A stretch of DNA of 51,327 bases from a virus. The position numbers and the translations under genes were made by a program. The stretch lies in the IMG/VR virus record IMGVR_UViG_3300043640_000192, positions 1 to 51,327 of that record; one strand, 5' to 3'. This document shows positions 40,176-48,982 of this stretch, piece after piece. The notes beneath the pieces are model-generated. The model ran no database searches. It worked only from the letters and a program-made list of their open reading frames with translations, and was not told the origin of the DNA. Positions within the stretch are counted from its first letter, which is position 1, and every line of letters starts with the position of its first letter.

Positions 40176-40709
40176 ATGGCCGAGGTGCGGACCTGCACCA
40201 TGGAAGGCTGCGAGCGGAAGCACTACGCCCACGGCCTGTGTGACACGCATGAGAAGCGGCTGCGCAGGCATGGCAACCCCAAGCACGGGTTTCCCGCACT
40301 CCGCGAGCGCCTGTTCTCGCGGCTGATCATCAACCCTGAGACTGGCTGCCTGCTCTGGACCGGGAGCTGCAGCGAAGAGGGCTATGGACGCCTTGGGCGC
40401 GACGGTCGAAAGGCGCTCGTCCACCGGGTTATGTACGAGTTGTTCGTCGGTCCGATCCCCGACGGCCTGGAGATCGATCACCTGTGCCGCGTCCGGAACT
40501 GCGCTGCGCCGGGCCACCTCGAAGCGGTCACTGGGCGGGTGAACAAGCTGCGGGGCAACACCATCACTGCCGCTGCCGCAGGAGCGACCCACTGCCCGCA
40601 GAAGCATGAATACGACCTGCTCAACACCTGGATCTCACCCGCGGGCCAGAGAAGGTGCCGAGCGTGCCGGCGGGAAAAGCGGCGCGCAAAGAAGGCAGCG
40701 CGGTCGTGA
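40176..40709 (+). CDS. HNH endonuclease (HNH_3-like)
   Basis: 'GCLLWTGSCSEEGYGRL...LVHRVMYELFVGPIPDGLEIDHLCRVRNCAAPGHLEAVT'. Confidence 0.75.
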   Translation: MAEVRTCTMEGCERKHYAHGLCDTHEKRLRRHGNPKHGFPALRERLFSRLIINPETGCLLWTGSCSEEGYGRLGRDGRKALVHRVMYELFVGPIPDGLEIDHLCRVRNCAAPGHLEAVTGRVNKLRGNTITAAAAGATHCPQKHEYDLLNTWISPAGQRRCRACRREKRRAKKAARS

Positions 40710-40924
40710 CCAGCTACCAGGCATGCGACGACTGCGGCGCCAGGATTCTGATCGTCCGAGGGGTGCCCGTGTTGAACCATGGCCGCGATCCCGCCGGTGG
40801 CGTGGCCGTCACCTTCACCCACCCGCGTGCGGCGCGGTTCCTGGCGCGCGGTGAGGAGCCCGGCTGGGACGAGCATCGCCATTCGGTGCACCAGTGCGGG
40901 GCCGTGGCGGAGGTGACGGGGTGA
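40706..40924 (+). CDS. Hypothetical protein
   Basis: GTGA overlap with the upstream gene. Confidence 0.45.
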   Translation: MTSYQACDDCGARILIVRGVPVLNHGRDPAGGVAVTFTHPRAARFLARGEEPGWDEHRHSVHQCGAVAEVTG

Positions 40925-41529
40925 GCAGGCCGCGGCTGCTGGACCTGTTCTGCGGGGCGGGCGGCGCGGCCATGGGCTACCACCGCGCCGGGTTCGACGT
41001 GGTGGGCGTGGACATAGAGCCGCAGCCGCACTATCCGTTCGAGTTCATCCGGGCCGACGCCATGACGTACGCGCTCGACGGGTTCGATGCAATCCATGCC
41101 AGCCCGACCTGCCAGCACTACTCCCGGGCGACCGCCTGGCGGGGTGACCGCGGCGACCATCCGGATCTGCTGACGCCAATGCTCGCGCGGCTGGCCACGG
41201 CCCGCATTCCGTGGGTGGTCGAGAACGTCCCGGAGGCATGCCCGCCGCTACGGCCGGACTACAGGCTCTGCGGCACCCAGTTCGGCCTGCCGGTGCGCCG
41301 CCATCGCAGCTTCCAGCGCGGCAACTGGACGGCATACGAGCTGATGCCGGGCTGCCAGTGCTACCGCAATCCCCGGCTGCTGCCGTTCATGCACAAGGGC
41401 GAACGGGCGTTCGCCGACGCCATGGGCTGCACCTGGATGACCAAAGAGGAAGGCCGCCAGGCCATTCCGCCCACCTACACCGAGCACATCGGCCGCCAGC
41501 TCCTCGCCGCCATGGCGCTCACCCCATAG
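40921..41529 (+). CDS. DNA (cytosine-5) methyltransferase, short form
   Basis: Motif I 'LDLFCGAGG', motif IV 'SPTCQ', motif VI 'ENV', and 'QFGLPVRRHR'. Confidence 0.8.
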   Translation: MSRPRLLDLFCGAGGAAMGYHRAGFDVVGVDIEPQPHYPFEFIRADAMTYALDGFDAIHASPTCQHYSRATAWRGDRGDHPDLLTPMLARLATARIPWVVENVPEACPPLRPDYRLCGTQFGLPVRRHRSFQRGNWTAYELMPGCQCYRNPRLLPFMHKGERAFADAMGCTWMTKEEGRQAIPPTYTEHIGRQLLAAMALTP

Positions 41530-41532
41530 ACG

Positions 41533-41572
41533 CCGCTGCGCGCCCGTATCCCGCTCGGCGGGCGCGCAGCGG
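41533..41572. terminator. Hairpin terminator (14-bp stem)
   Basis: 'ccgctgcgcgcccg'-12 nt-'cgggcgcgcagcgg'. Confidence 0.65.
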
Positions 41573-41605
41573 TCACCATGCACCACCCAACAGGAAAGGC
41601 ATCAC

Positions 41606-42136
41606 ATGATCCGCAAGCTCAGCATCATCGCCAGCGCACTGGCGCTCGCCACGGCGGGCACCGCCCTGGCCATCCCCGCGGCCAGCGCGGCCACCGCCCC
41701 GGTCAACTGCGGGTCGTCCAGCCTGACCCAGACCGGCCAGGCCCGCGAGAGCGTCACCGTCGCGGGCGTCGTCTACAACCTGGCCGCGCCGAACAAGCTG
41801 GCCAACGGCAAGCTCGCCGTCTTCAAGACCGCCGTGACCCCGGCCTCCGCGATGACGTACTGCAACACCTCCGGGTCCGCGTCGGAGATCGTCATCGTCG
41901 GCCAGGACGGCCTGACCTACGCCCTCACCAACCGCGGCGGGGACCGCGTGTTCTTCGAGGTGGCCCACGGGTACGCCTCGCAGATCTGGAGCTGGGCTGG
42001 CAGCGTCTCCCCGAACTTCACCTTCAAGAACGTGAAGTCGGGCCTGTCGATCCGCACCCCCAACGCCGGGCCGGCCAACTTCGGCCCGGTCTCGGCCGGG
42101 GCGCACGCCACCACGTTCACCCAGACGGCGGCCTGA
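41606..42136 (+). CDS. Secreted protein (Sec signal peptide), unknown function
   Basis: 'MIRKLSIIASALALATAGTALAIPAASA|A'. One QxW-like 'QIWSW' and two Cys residues. Confidence 0.65.
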   Translation: MIRKLSIIASALALATAGTALAIPAASAATAPVNCGSSSLTQTGQARESVTVAGVVYNLAAPNKLANGKLAVFKTAVTPASAMTYCNTSGSASEIVIVGQDGLTYALTNRGGDRVFFEVAHGYASQIWSWAGSVSPNFTFKNVKSGLSIRTPNAGPANFGPVSAGAHATTFTQTAA

Positions 42137-42154
42137 CCAGAAAGGAACGCACCG

Positions 42155-42370
42155 ATGGAAATCAGGATCAGGAGGGCTTCAGAGGCGAAGGGCAGGCACC
42201 TGACCACTTCGTCCCTCGAAAAGCTCGACCAGGTGATCCCCACGCTGGAGTCGATCGGCTTCGCCGACCCAGATGAAGGCAGGCCGCTGGACGGCCGGAT
42301 CTGCGTCGATGACGTGGAGGACGGCGGCCGGGCCTTCTACGAGGTCGTCATAGACGACAGCGAGGACTGA
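42155..42370 (+). CDS. Small acidic protein
   Basis: Track ORF of 71 aa with a D/E-rich C-terminus. Confidence 0.5.
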   Translation: MEIRIRRASEAKGRHLTTSSLEKLDQVIPTLESIGFADPDEGRPLDGRICVDDVEDGGRAFYEVVIDDSED

Positions 42371-42377
42371 CGTGACA

Positions 42378-42422
42378 GTGCCCGCACGGCCGTGGGCTCT
42401 TCCCCGGCGGCCGTGCGGGCAC
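42378..42422. terminator. Hairpin terminator (15-bp stem)
   Basis: 'gtgcccgcacggccg'-15 nt-'cggccgtgcgggcac'. Confidence 0.65.
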
Positions 42423-42460
42423 CTTCCGGCCCCTAGATCCCCATCGAGGAAAGGATAGCG

Positions 42461-42736
42461 ATGAACGTACGCCGGATGTTCCGCTACGTGGTGCCCGTGG
42501 ATGACAGGGCGTACCCCTTCTCGCTGTCGCACAGCCCGGTGGCCGTCGCGGCGCACAACGACAGCCGCGCCGTTGAGTTCTGGGTTGAGGACACCTCCGG
42601 CGCACCTGCCGTCAGGCGGTGGTTCCGGGTGTTCGGCACCGGCCATCCCCTGCCCGATGACGCGCGATGGGTCGGCACCTGCCAGCGCACGCCAGCCGGG
42701 CTTGTGTGGCACCTGTACGAAGTGAGCAAGCCATGA
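42461..42736 (+). CDS. Hypothetical protein
   Basis: Track ORF with SD 'gaggaaagg' upstream. Confidence 0.55.
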   Translation: MNVRRMFRYVVPVDDRAYPFSLSHSPVAVAAHNDSRAVEFWVEDTSGAPAVRRWFRVFGTGHPLPDDARWVGTCQRTPAGLVWHLYEVSKP

Positions 42737-43020
42737 TCGGCCGCCAGCTCATCGATGCGCTGCGCGGGCCTGAGCCCGCACCCGCGCCAGCGTCCAAGCC
42801 GCCCATGACCAGCCTGCCGCCAACCGCAGCGGACACCCAGCACATGAAGCCGCCGGGGGTCCTCGGCTACGCCGTGGCACGCTACGACGGCCCCCGCGTG
42901 GTCCTCACCCACACCAGCCCCATGCCGCTGGACGAGGCGCGGCGGGAAGCGGACGCGCAGCGGGCGGCGGACCGGAGCGGGTTCGGCTGGGCGGTCGTGC
43001 CCATCGGGAGGCCGGTGTGA
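42733..43020 (+). CDS. Hypothetical protein
   Basis: ATGA overlap with the upstream gene. Confidence 0.45.
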   Translation: MIGRQLIDALRGPEPAPAPASKPPMTSLPPTAADTQHMKPPGVLGYAVARYDGPRVVLTHTSPMPLDEARREADAQRAADRSGFGWAVVPIGRPV

Positions 43021-43217
43021 GTGACGACATCGCGGTTGAGCGCACCGCCCGCAAGCGCCACACCTGCGCCCAGTGCCAGAAGGCCATCGAGCCCGGCCAG
43101 CGGTACATCGACTCGCGGCTGCCGCCTGGCGGCGATCTCGGCTACACCCGCTGGCTGCGGGCCAAGTACCACCTGGCGGAGGACCACCTGCCCGGACGGC
43201 CGCCCATGCCTCCCTAG
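43017..43217 (+). CDS. Hypothetical protein (CxxC)
   Basis: Track ORF. Confidence 0.45.
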   Translation: MSDDIAVERTARKRHTCAQCQKAIEPGQRYIDSRLPPGGDLGYTRWLRAKYHLAEDHLPGRPPMPP

Positions 43218-43364
43218 GCGCGGGGCGCGGGCCTGTTCCAGCAGGTCCCCTCGCAAGGCCGCCCGCCTGTGCACGGGCGCGGCGGCAGCTCCCCGGCCGG
43301 TGCTGTGGACGGCACACCCGGCCGGGGAGCACCACCTATCCGTGACCGGAGGAGACAGGACGGC

Positions 43365-43760
43365 ATGAGCGTGGGATACAAGCTCTACCGCCAGATCCGC
43401 GACTACGCGCCGCAGGACTGGACGAGTGGTGAGCTTGTCGTTGCCTGGGTCATCGCCGACGACGCCAACGACGACACGCGCCGCTCCTTTATCCCGAACG
43501 ACGAATTGTGCAGGCGTACGAGAATGAGCGCCAGCGGCGTCCGCAAGGCCCTCGAAAAGCTCAACGCCAAGGGCTTCGAATTCCGGGTACCGCATGGCAA
43601 GGGAAAAGACGGAAGGGAGGTTTACAGCGCACGCGGAAAGCCACCTGAATATGTCGTGCCGGACATTTTCATGCTCCTCGTCCGGGGCGCGCAGGTGGCC
43701 TACGGCCTGACGGAAGGCGGGACTGTGGTCCCGGCTCAGGTCAAGTTATCCACAGGATAA
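43365..43760 (+). CDS. Winged-helix DNA-binding protein, possible replication initiator
   Basis: SD 'ggaggag' upstream. 'ELCRRTRMSASGVRKALEKLNAKGF' is wHTH-like. The gene's 3' end carries the first iteron. Confidence 0.45.
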   Translation: MSVGYKLYRQIRDYAPQDWTSGELVVAWVIADDANDDTRRSFIPNDELCRRTRMSASGVRKALEKLNAKGFEFRVPHGKGKDGREVYSARGKPPEYVVPDIFMLLVRGAQVAYGLTEGGTVVPAQVKLSTG

Positions 43761-43805
43761 GGCGGGACTGTGGTCCGCTTAAGGCGGGACTGTGGTCCCG
43801 GCTCA
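43714..43805. repeat. Three direct repeats of 'aaggcgggactgtggtcc' (iteron-like)
   Basis: Copies at 43714-43738, 43759-43776 and 43781-43805. Copies 1 and 3 share 25 nt. Confidence 0.9.
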
Positions 43806-43898
43806 CGACAGGCATGCTGTTTATTGGGGTTCCTCAGCCTTACCTCAAACCCTTCCAATGGAACTGCCCGGCACAACCTAAGCTGGAAGGCAGGAAAG

Positions 43899-44420
43899 TT
43901 GTCCACAGGCGAAGCGGAAAGCGTTACGAGTGAGCCGGTCCCATTCACCGCCCTCCTCGGTGCCGCACTTGACGACCTCGAACGCTACGCCAATGCCGCA
44001 TGGCAGGAAGAGCGCTGGCCATTCATCCGTTCCGGTGACCGGAAATGGATACCACGGGATGTGCGCCGCCTCATATTCGAGCGTGACGGCGGCATATGCC
44101 TTTCCTGCGGCACGAGACTCACGCTCGGCACCGCCCAGCTCGACCACATCGTTCCGTGGTCCGCCGGAGGGCCGGACACCAGTGACAACCTGCGGATCCT
44201 GTGTGAGCGGTGCAACGCCGACCGCAGCAACTTCGTCACCGGCCTGGACGACCACGCCGCACGACGGCCGCCGGTCACGCTCTGGTGCGTCGCCTGCGCC
44301 CACCTTGACGGCCACGGCCAGGAGGTAAGCGACCCGCTCGAGGTCATCCCCGGGCTGGTCCCGGCCTACTGCGGCTGGTGCGGCATCGTCTCCCAGACCT
44401 GGCCGGAGGAGCTGTACTGA
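43899..44420 (+). CDS. HNH endonuclease
   Basis: 'RRLIFERDGGICLSCG...LDHIVPWSAGGPDTSDNLRILCERCNADR'. TTG start follows SD 'ggaagg'. Confidence 0.7.
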   Translation: MSTGEAESVTSEPVPFTALLGAALDDLERYANAAWQEERWPFIRSGDRKWIPRDVRRLIFERDGGICLSCGTRLTLGTAQLDHIVPWSAGGPDTSDNLRILCERCNADRSNFVTGLDDHAARRPPVTLWCVACAHLDGHGQEVSDPLEVIPGLVPAYCGWCGIVSQTWPEELY

Positions 44421-44422
44421 CC

Positions 44423-45028
44423 ATGACCGCTGACCTCGCCGAGTCCTGCGACGCCATCCAGAAGTGGCTCCCCGTCGCCCAGGCCCTCATCGCCGAACCC
44501 GACCAGGACGGCACTGCCACCGGCGGCCAGCCCACCTCACGGCCGCCCTGGAACCCCTCCGCAGCATCCGCGGCCATGGACGCCCACGAAGGCCTCAGGC
44601 GGCTCCGCGCGTCGATGCTGCTCGCCATCACCGGCCACCCAGGCGCGCGCTGCGGCGGGTCCGACGCCAACACCATCGCCGCCATCGCCGCGATCGAGCG
44701 GCTCGGCTCCGGCATGACCGCCGACGCCGCTGCTGCGGCCGCCCGGATCATCGACCGCTGGTCCGCCGCCATCCAGCAGCTCGCCGCGGTGGACCAGATG
44801 CCGCGGTGGGAGCGGATCCGGCGCGGGCCGGACGGGCTGCCGCCAGCGTGCCCGTTCTGCCGCACGTTCTCGCTGCGGGTGGCCGTGGCCAGCGGTGCGG
44901 TCATCTGCGTCTACCCGGGGTGCATGGATTCGCGCGGGCAGCGTCCGCAGGCGCGGATGGAGATCGGGCGCGTCAGCGGGGAACCGTGCGTGATCTGGGC
45001 AGATGGCACCGTTCAGGCAGCGCCATGA
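44423..45028 (+). CDS. Hypothetical protein (conserved-looking; C-terminal Cys cluster)
   Basis: In frame with the track ORF. Contains 'RPPWNPSAA...CGGSDANT...CPFC'. Confidence 0.55.
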   Translation: MTADLAESCDAIQKWLPVAQALIAEPDQDGTATGGQPTSRPPWNPSAASAAMDAHEGLRRLRASMLLAITGHPGARCGGSDANTIAAIAAIERLGSGMTADAAAAAARIIDRWSAAIQQLAAVDQMPRWERIRRGPDGLPPACPFCRTFSLRVAVASGAVICVYPGCMDSRGQRPQARMEIGRVSGEPCVIWADGTVQAAP

Positions 45029-45231
45029 AGGCCCTCAGGCACTGCTGGTGGTGCGGGCGGCTAGCCGAGGTGGACACGGAGCTTCCCGAGTCGGACGGCA
45101 TGGTCCGGGACAGCGAGACGAGCTGGATCTGCGCCGACAGCAAGGCGTGCAGCCAGCGGGCCTACGCGGACATGGCCAATCCCGTCTACCGGCGCAACCG
45201 GGGCAAGCCTGAAGAGTCACCCGCACCGTGA
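45025..45231 (+). CDS. Hypothetical Cys-containing protein
   Basis: ATGA overlap with the upstream gene. Confidence 0.45.
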   Translation: MKALRHCWWCGRLAEVDTELPESDGMVRDSETSWICADSKACSQRAYADMANPVYRRNRGKPEESPAP

Positions 45232-45255
45232 GCCGCATCGTGCACCATAGGCGTC

Positions 45256-45483
45256 ATGCCTGCGACGGTCACGCTCACCCTGGCCGAGGCCGCGCAGGTC
45301 CTCGACCCGCCCATGACCGAGCAGCAGCTACGGGAGATCATCCGCGCGCTGCGATGGGAACCCGAGGGCTACCGGCGCACCGGCAGGCCAGGCCACCCGT
45401 GGCCCGTCTACGATGCCCGGGAGATCATGAAGCTCCATGCGGCCCTGGCGCCATGGCTGGGAGTTGCTGATGTGCCGCGCTGA
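45256..45483 (+). CDS. Hypothetical protein, possible HTH
   Basis: Track ORF. Contains 'LTLAEAAQVL...QLREIIRAL'. Confidence 0.45.
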   Translation: MPATVTLTLAEAAQVLDPPMTEQQLREIIRALRWEPEGYRRTGRPGHPWPVYDAREIMKLHAALAPWLGVADVPR

Positions 45484-45634
45484 CGTGGCACCGGAAGCAG
45501 CGGGCGTGCTTGAGTGGGTGCTGGCCGAGATCTGCGCTGCGCTCGCCGCGGAGGCGGGTATCGATCCGTCGGGCGTGATCATCGGGCCCGTTGACTTCGG
45601 CGATGATGACGCCATGGTTGGTGACGGGACGTGA
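45470..45634 (+). CDS. Hypothetical small protein
   Basis: Internal ATG of track ORF 45437..45634. Confidence 0.35.
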   Translation: MCRADVAPEAAGVLEWVLAEICAALAAEAGIDPSGVIIGPVDFGDDDAMVGDGT

Positions 45635-45687
45635 TTAGCGTGGTTCAATGTGCCTGACTCCCCATGCCCAGATCCCGGAGATGACGC

Positions 45688-45903
45688 ATGAGCTGGTCCC
45701 TGAACGCCTCCGGCCACGTGCCCGCCGCCGCGCCGCCTGTGGACCCGGCCGAAACGCCAGCGCCAGGACCGGACGCCGTGGCCACCGAGGTCGAGTTGTA
45801 CGAGGCGCTGAAAGCCGTCCTGGCCGACCCGAGGTACGGGACCGCGGCGTCCAGCTTCGGCGGCAGCCACGTCAGCGGCTCCCTGCACGTGGCGGACGCG
45901 TAG
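45688..45903 (+). CDS. Hypothetical protein
   Basis: Track ORF. Confidence 0.45.
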   Translation: MSWSLNASGHVPAAAPPVDPAETPAPGPDAVATEVELYEALKAVLADPRYGTAASSFGGSHVSGSLHVADA

Positions 45904-45911
45904 GCCTGACC

Positions 45912-46097
45912 ATGGCGCTGTGCTACTCCTGCCCGCATGGCAAGCCCCGGCAGCCAGCCGTCTACCGGTGGACATGCGCCCTGTCAGGCAACACCGTCCC
46001 GCTCTGCGCAGAGTGCTGCGCCTACTGGCGGGCGACTGCCCGCGATGAGCCAGATCTCGCGCCGTCAGCCATCCACCAGATAGCACTGGCAGCCTGA
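45912..46097 (+). CDS. Cys-rich small protein
   Basis: 'MALCYSCPHG...LCAECCAYW'. Confidence 0.45.
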   Translation: MALCYSCPHGKPRQPAVYRWTCALSGNTVPLCAECCAYWRATARDEPDLAPSAIHQIALAA

Positions 46098-46101
46098 AGC
46101 C

Positions 46102-46257
46102 ATGGCCGAGCCCATCCGGGAGAACGGCTGGTACCGGATCACCACCCGCGGCTGGGAACGCGTCAGCGACGAGGACGCCGAACTGGAGGAACTCGCCGGC
46201 GGCGGCTGGGACCTCGTCTGCGTCCAGCTCGAAGCTGCCGAAGTCCCGCTCTGGTGA
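46102..46257 (+). CDS. Small acidic protein (51 aa)
   Basis: Hand translation; high GC3. Confidence 0.4.
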   Translation: MAEPIRENGWYRITTRGWERVSDEDAELEELAGGGWDLVCVQLEAAEVPLW

Positions 46258-46258
46258 G

Positions 46259-46444
46259 GTGACCATGACGATGCCCAGCGACCCGATCACGGTCATGGGG
46301 CAGGGTGCTGCCGAACTGCATGAGTTGTTCCTGAGCAACATCAAGGCAGGGTTCACCCGCAAGGAAGCCCTGTACCTGACCGGCAAGTACCTGCAGGCGG
46401 TCGTGATGGCAAACGCGGCCGGGACCGACAGCTCCGAGGAATAA
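46259..46444 (+). CDS. Hypothetical protein
   Basis: Track ORF. Confidence 0.45.
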   Translation: MTMTMPSDPITVMGQGAAELHELFLSNIKAGFTRKEALYLTGKYLQAVVMANAAGTDSSEE

Positions 46445-46446
46445 CC

Positions 46447-46620
46447 ATGGACACCGTGCCCGTGCGGCTCCCCGGTGACGCCCAGCCTGGCGCTGTCGTG
46501 GAGCTGTACCGCACCACAGACGGCCGCCATGGCCGCCCAGGTGCGCATCCCCGCACCAGCGCCGGAGGAGCCGTGAACTGCTGCGCGACCGCCCGATACG
46601 AGCACTACGACCCACGCTGA
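46447..46620 (+). CDS. Hypothetical protein (57 aa)
   Basis: Hand translation; high GC3. Confidence 0.4.
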   Translation: MDTVPVRLPGDAQPGAVVELYRTTDGRHGRPGAHPRTSAGGAVNCCATARYEHYDPR

Positions 46621-46629
46621 GGTGACGCC

Positions 46630-46722
46630 GTGCCGCGCTGGCTGATCTGGCTGATCGCCATCCTGGTTGTGCTGGCGATCATCATCCTGCTCGTCGAGCA
46701 CTTCCACGTGGCCGCGCACTAG
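46630..46722 (+). CDS. 30-aa single-TM peptide
   Basis: 'VPRWLIWLIAILVVLAIIILLVEHFHVAAH'. Confidence 0.35.
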   Translation: MPRWLIWLIAILVVLAIIILLVEHFHVAAH

Positions 46723-46726
46723 CACC

Positions 46727-47056
46727 ATGGCACGCAGCCGCCGCATGCAGCGGCAGTCGCGCACCTACCGGCCGCGCGTCAGCGGGAAGACCACCGAGCG
46801 CGGGTATGGATCTCCCCACCAGGCAGCGCGTGCAGCGTGGGTGAAAGCATTCCGGCCAGGCCAGCCATGCGCCATCGGCGGAGAGGCACTCTGGCGGCAC
46901 ACCACCCGCAGGTGGTGCGACCTCCTCGACCTGGCGCATGACCACCAGCACGGCGGGTACCTGGGACTGGCCTGCCGCAAGCACAACCGCGGCCACCACG
47001 ACAGGCCCCAGCCATCCACGGCAGCGGTGACAGTGAGCAGCGGCAGGCGATGGTGA
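46727..47056 (+). CDS. HNH endonuclease next to the terminase (HK97 gp74-type position)
   Basis: 'LDLAHDHQHGGYLGLACRKHN'. Located immediately upstream of the cos-like region and TerS. Confidence 0.6.
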   Translation: MARSRRMQRQSRTYRPRVSGKTTERGYGSPHQAARAAWVKAFRPGQPCAIGGEALWRHTTRRWCDLLDLAHDHQHGGYLGLACRKHNRGHHDRPQPSTAAVTVSSGRRW

Positions 47057-47288
47057 CGGTCGCACTGTCATCCACTGAGCCGCCATCCACTGATCGTCCA
47101 TCCGGGGATGGGCATCGCGCATCGTCGCAGGTCACAGGCATGATCGGCGAGGCCGTGAAGCATCCCGGGCCCTCCGCGCCGCGTTCCAGTTTTTGATCAT
47201 GACACCCTCATGACTGCCGCAGTCATGGCACATTTACACAGCGTGAAACTAGGGCCTGACCTGCGACGATACGGATGGGGGGCCCTCG
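47057..47288. other. Candidate cos/packaging-recognition region
   Basis: One of the lowest-GC non-coding stretches by eye. 2x 'catccactga', palindrome 'ccatccggggatgg', and hairpin 'catgactg-ccg-cagtcatg'. Confidence 0.5.
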
Positions 47289-47570
47289 GTGGCCGAGCGT
47301 AAGCCTGTCGGTTCGGTCGAGAAGGCCGCCCGGTCTGAGCTGCGCAGGCTCGGCTGTTCCGTGCAGACGGAGGCCAAGGCTGCGCTGGCTGTGAGCCTGG
47401 CGCGGCAGATCGACACCAGCCGCGGTGCTGTCGCCGCCGCCGCCGCCGCCGCCCAGTTGCGGCTGATCCTTGATGACCTTGTGCGAGAGGCCCGTTCGCG
47501 GCGGCCGGAGAAGGACGTGATCGATGAGCTCAACGCTCGCCGTGCCGTCCCGAGATCTGCTGCTGGGTGA
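47289..47570 (+). CDS. terS: Terminase small subunit, putative
   Basis: 93-aa helical protein directly upstream of, and overlapping, TerL. SD 'ggatgggggg' upstream. Confidence 0.5.
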   Translation: MAERKPVGSVEKAARSELRRLGCSVQTEAKAALAVSLARQIDTSRGAVAAAAAAAQLRLILDDLVREARSRRPEKDVIDELNARRAVPRSAAG

Positions 47571-48975
47571 TCAGCGGCCCCGGCTATCGTCGGTGCCGCC
47601 GTCGGCGAAGTCGGAGGGAAGCCGGGTAGCGGACCTGGCCGCGTCGGCCGGGCTGTACCTGGATGACTGGCAGAGGTGGGTGCTTGACCAGGGTCTCGGC
47701 CGCATGGCCGATGATCAGTGGGCCGCGTTCGAGGTGGGCCTGATCGTGTCCCGGCAGAACGGGAAGGGCTCAATCCTCGAGGCCCTGGAGATGGCGGCGC
47801 TGTTCCTCGACGACTTCGGCGCACGGCTGATCCTGCACAGCGCGCATGAGTTCAAGACGGCCGCTGAGGCTTTCCTGAGGATCCGGGCACTTATCGCCGA
47901 TAATCCCCTGTTCGAGCGGCGTATCGAGCGGATCCGGACGGGCGCCGGGTCTGAGGCGATCGAGCTGAAGAACGGGAAGCGGCTGCGGTTCATCGCCCGC
48001 TCCTCCGGGTCGGGCCGGGGGTTCTCCGGCGACCTGGTGATCATGGATGAGGCGTACGAGCTCGGCGACGACGCTATGGCCGCGCTGCTGCCCACGCTGT
48101 CGGCGCGGCCGAACCCGCAGGTCTGGTATGCATCGACGGCCGGGAAGCCGACGAGTGTGCAGCTGGGCCGCGTGCGGCAGCGTGGCGTGGCCGGGAATGA
48201 CCCGTCGCTGGCGTTCTTCGAGTGGTCGGTAGACCCGGACGCCTGCGATCCGGCGGATCCGGCGGACTGGGCCCGGGCGAACCCGGGGCTCGGGATCCGG
48301 ATCACGCCGGAGTACGTGGCGCGTGAGCGTGCGGCCCTCGCCCCGGATGTGTTCGCGCGGGAGCGGCTGGGGATCGGCCTGTACCCGACGGATCTGGCGG
48401 ACGCGTGGCTGGTGATCCCGCGGGCGGCGTGGGTGGCGCTGCTGGACGCGAAGTCGGAGCCGTCGGGGAAGGTGTGCTTCGCCGTGGACGCGGAGTGGCA
48501 CGGTTCCCATGCGGCGGTCGCGATCGCGGGGCGGCGCCCTGACGGCCTGCTGCATGTCGAGGTCCCGGATGACCTGCACCGTGATGGCACGGCGTGGGTG
48601 GTGCCGCGGCTGGCGGAGATGGTGCGGAAGCACAAGCCTGCCGCCGTGGTGGTTGACGCGGGCGGCCAGGCGGGGTCGCTGATCGGCCCGCTGGAGGACG
48701 CCGGGGTCACGGTGACGCAGCCCTCGACCCGGGAGGCCGCGCAGGCGTGCGGCCAGTTCTACGAGGCGGCCGTGGATTCCGGGTCGCTGCGGCACCGCGG
48801 GGACCAGTCGCTGATGGCGGCTCTCGGCGGGGCGACGTCCCGGCCGCTGAGCGACGCGTGGGCGTGGGACCGCAGGGCCGCGGTCGTGGATATCTGCCCG
48901 CTCACCGCCGCCACGCTGGCGCTGTGGGGGCTCAGCAAGCACCCCGGCTACAACCTGCTCAACTCGGTCCGCTAG
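47524..48975 (+). CDS. terL: Terminase large subunit
   Basis: Walker A-like 'VSRQNGKGS', 'LVIMDEAYE' (Walker B), and a nuclease half. Confidence 0.85.
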   Translation: MSSTLAVPSRDLLLGDQRPRLSSVPPSAKSEGSRVADLAASAGLYLDDWQRWVLDQGLGRMADDQWAAFEVGLIVSRQNGKGSILEALEMAALFLDDFGARLILHSAHEFKTAAEAFLRIRALIADNPLFERRIERIRTGAGSEAIELKNGKRLRFIARSSGSGRGFSGDLVIMDEAYELGDDAMAALLPTLSARPNPQVWYASTAGKPTSVQLGRVRQRGVAGNDPSLAFFEWSVDPDACDPADPADWARANPGLGIRITPEYVARERAALAPDVFARERLGIGLYPTDLADAWLVIPRAAWVALLDAKSEPSGKVCFAVDAEWHGSHAAVAIAGRRPDGLLHVEVPDDLHRDGTAWVVPRLAEMVRKHKPAAVVVDAGGQAGSLIGPLEDAGVTVTQPSTREAAQACGQFYEAAVDSGSLRHRGDQSLMAALGGATSRPLSDAWAWDRRAAVVDICPLTAATLALWGLSKHPGYNLLNSVR

Positions 48976-48982
48976 GAGCGCG

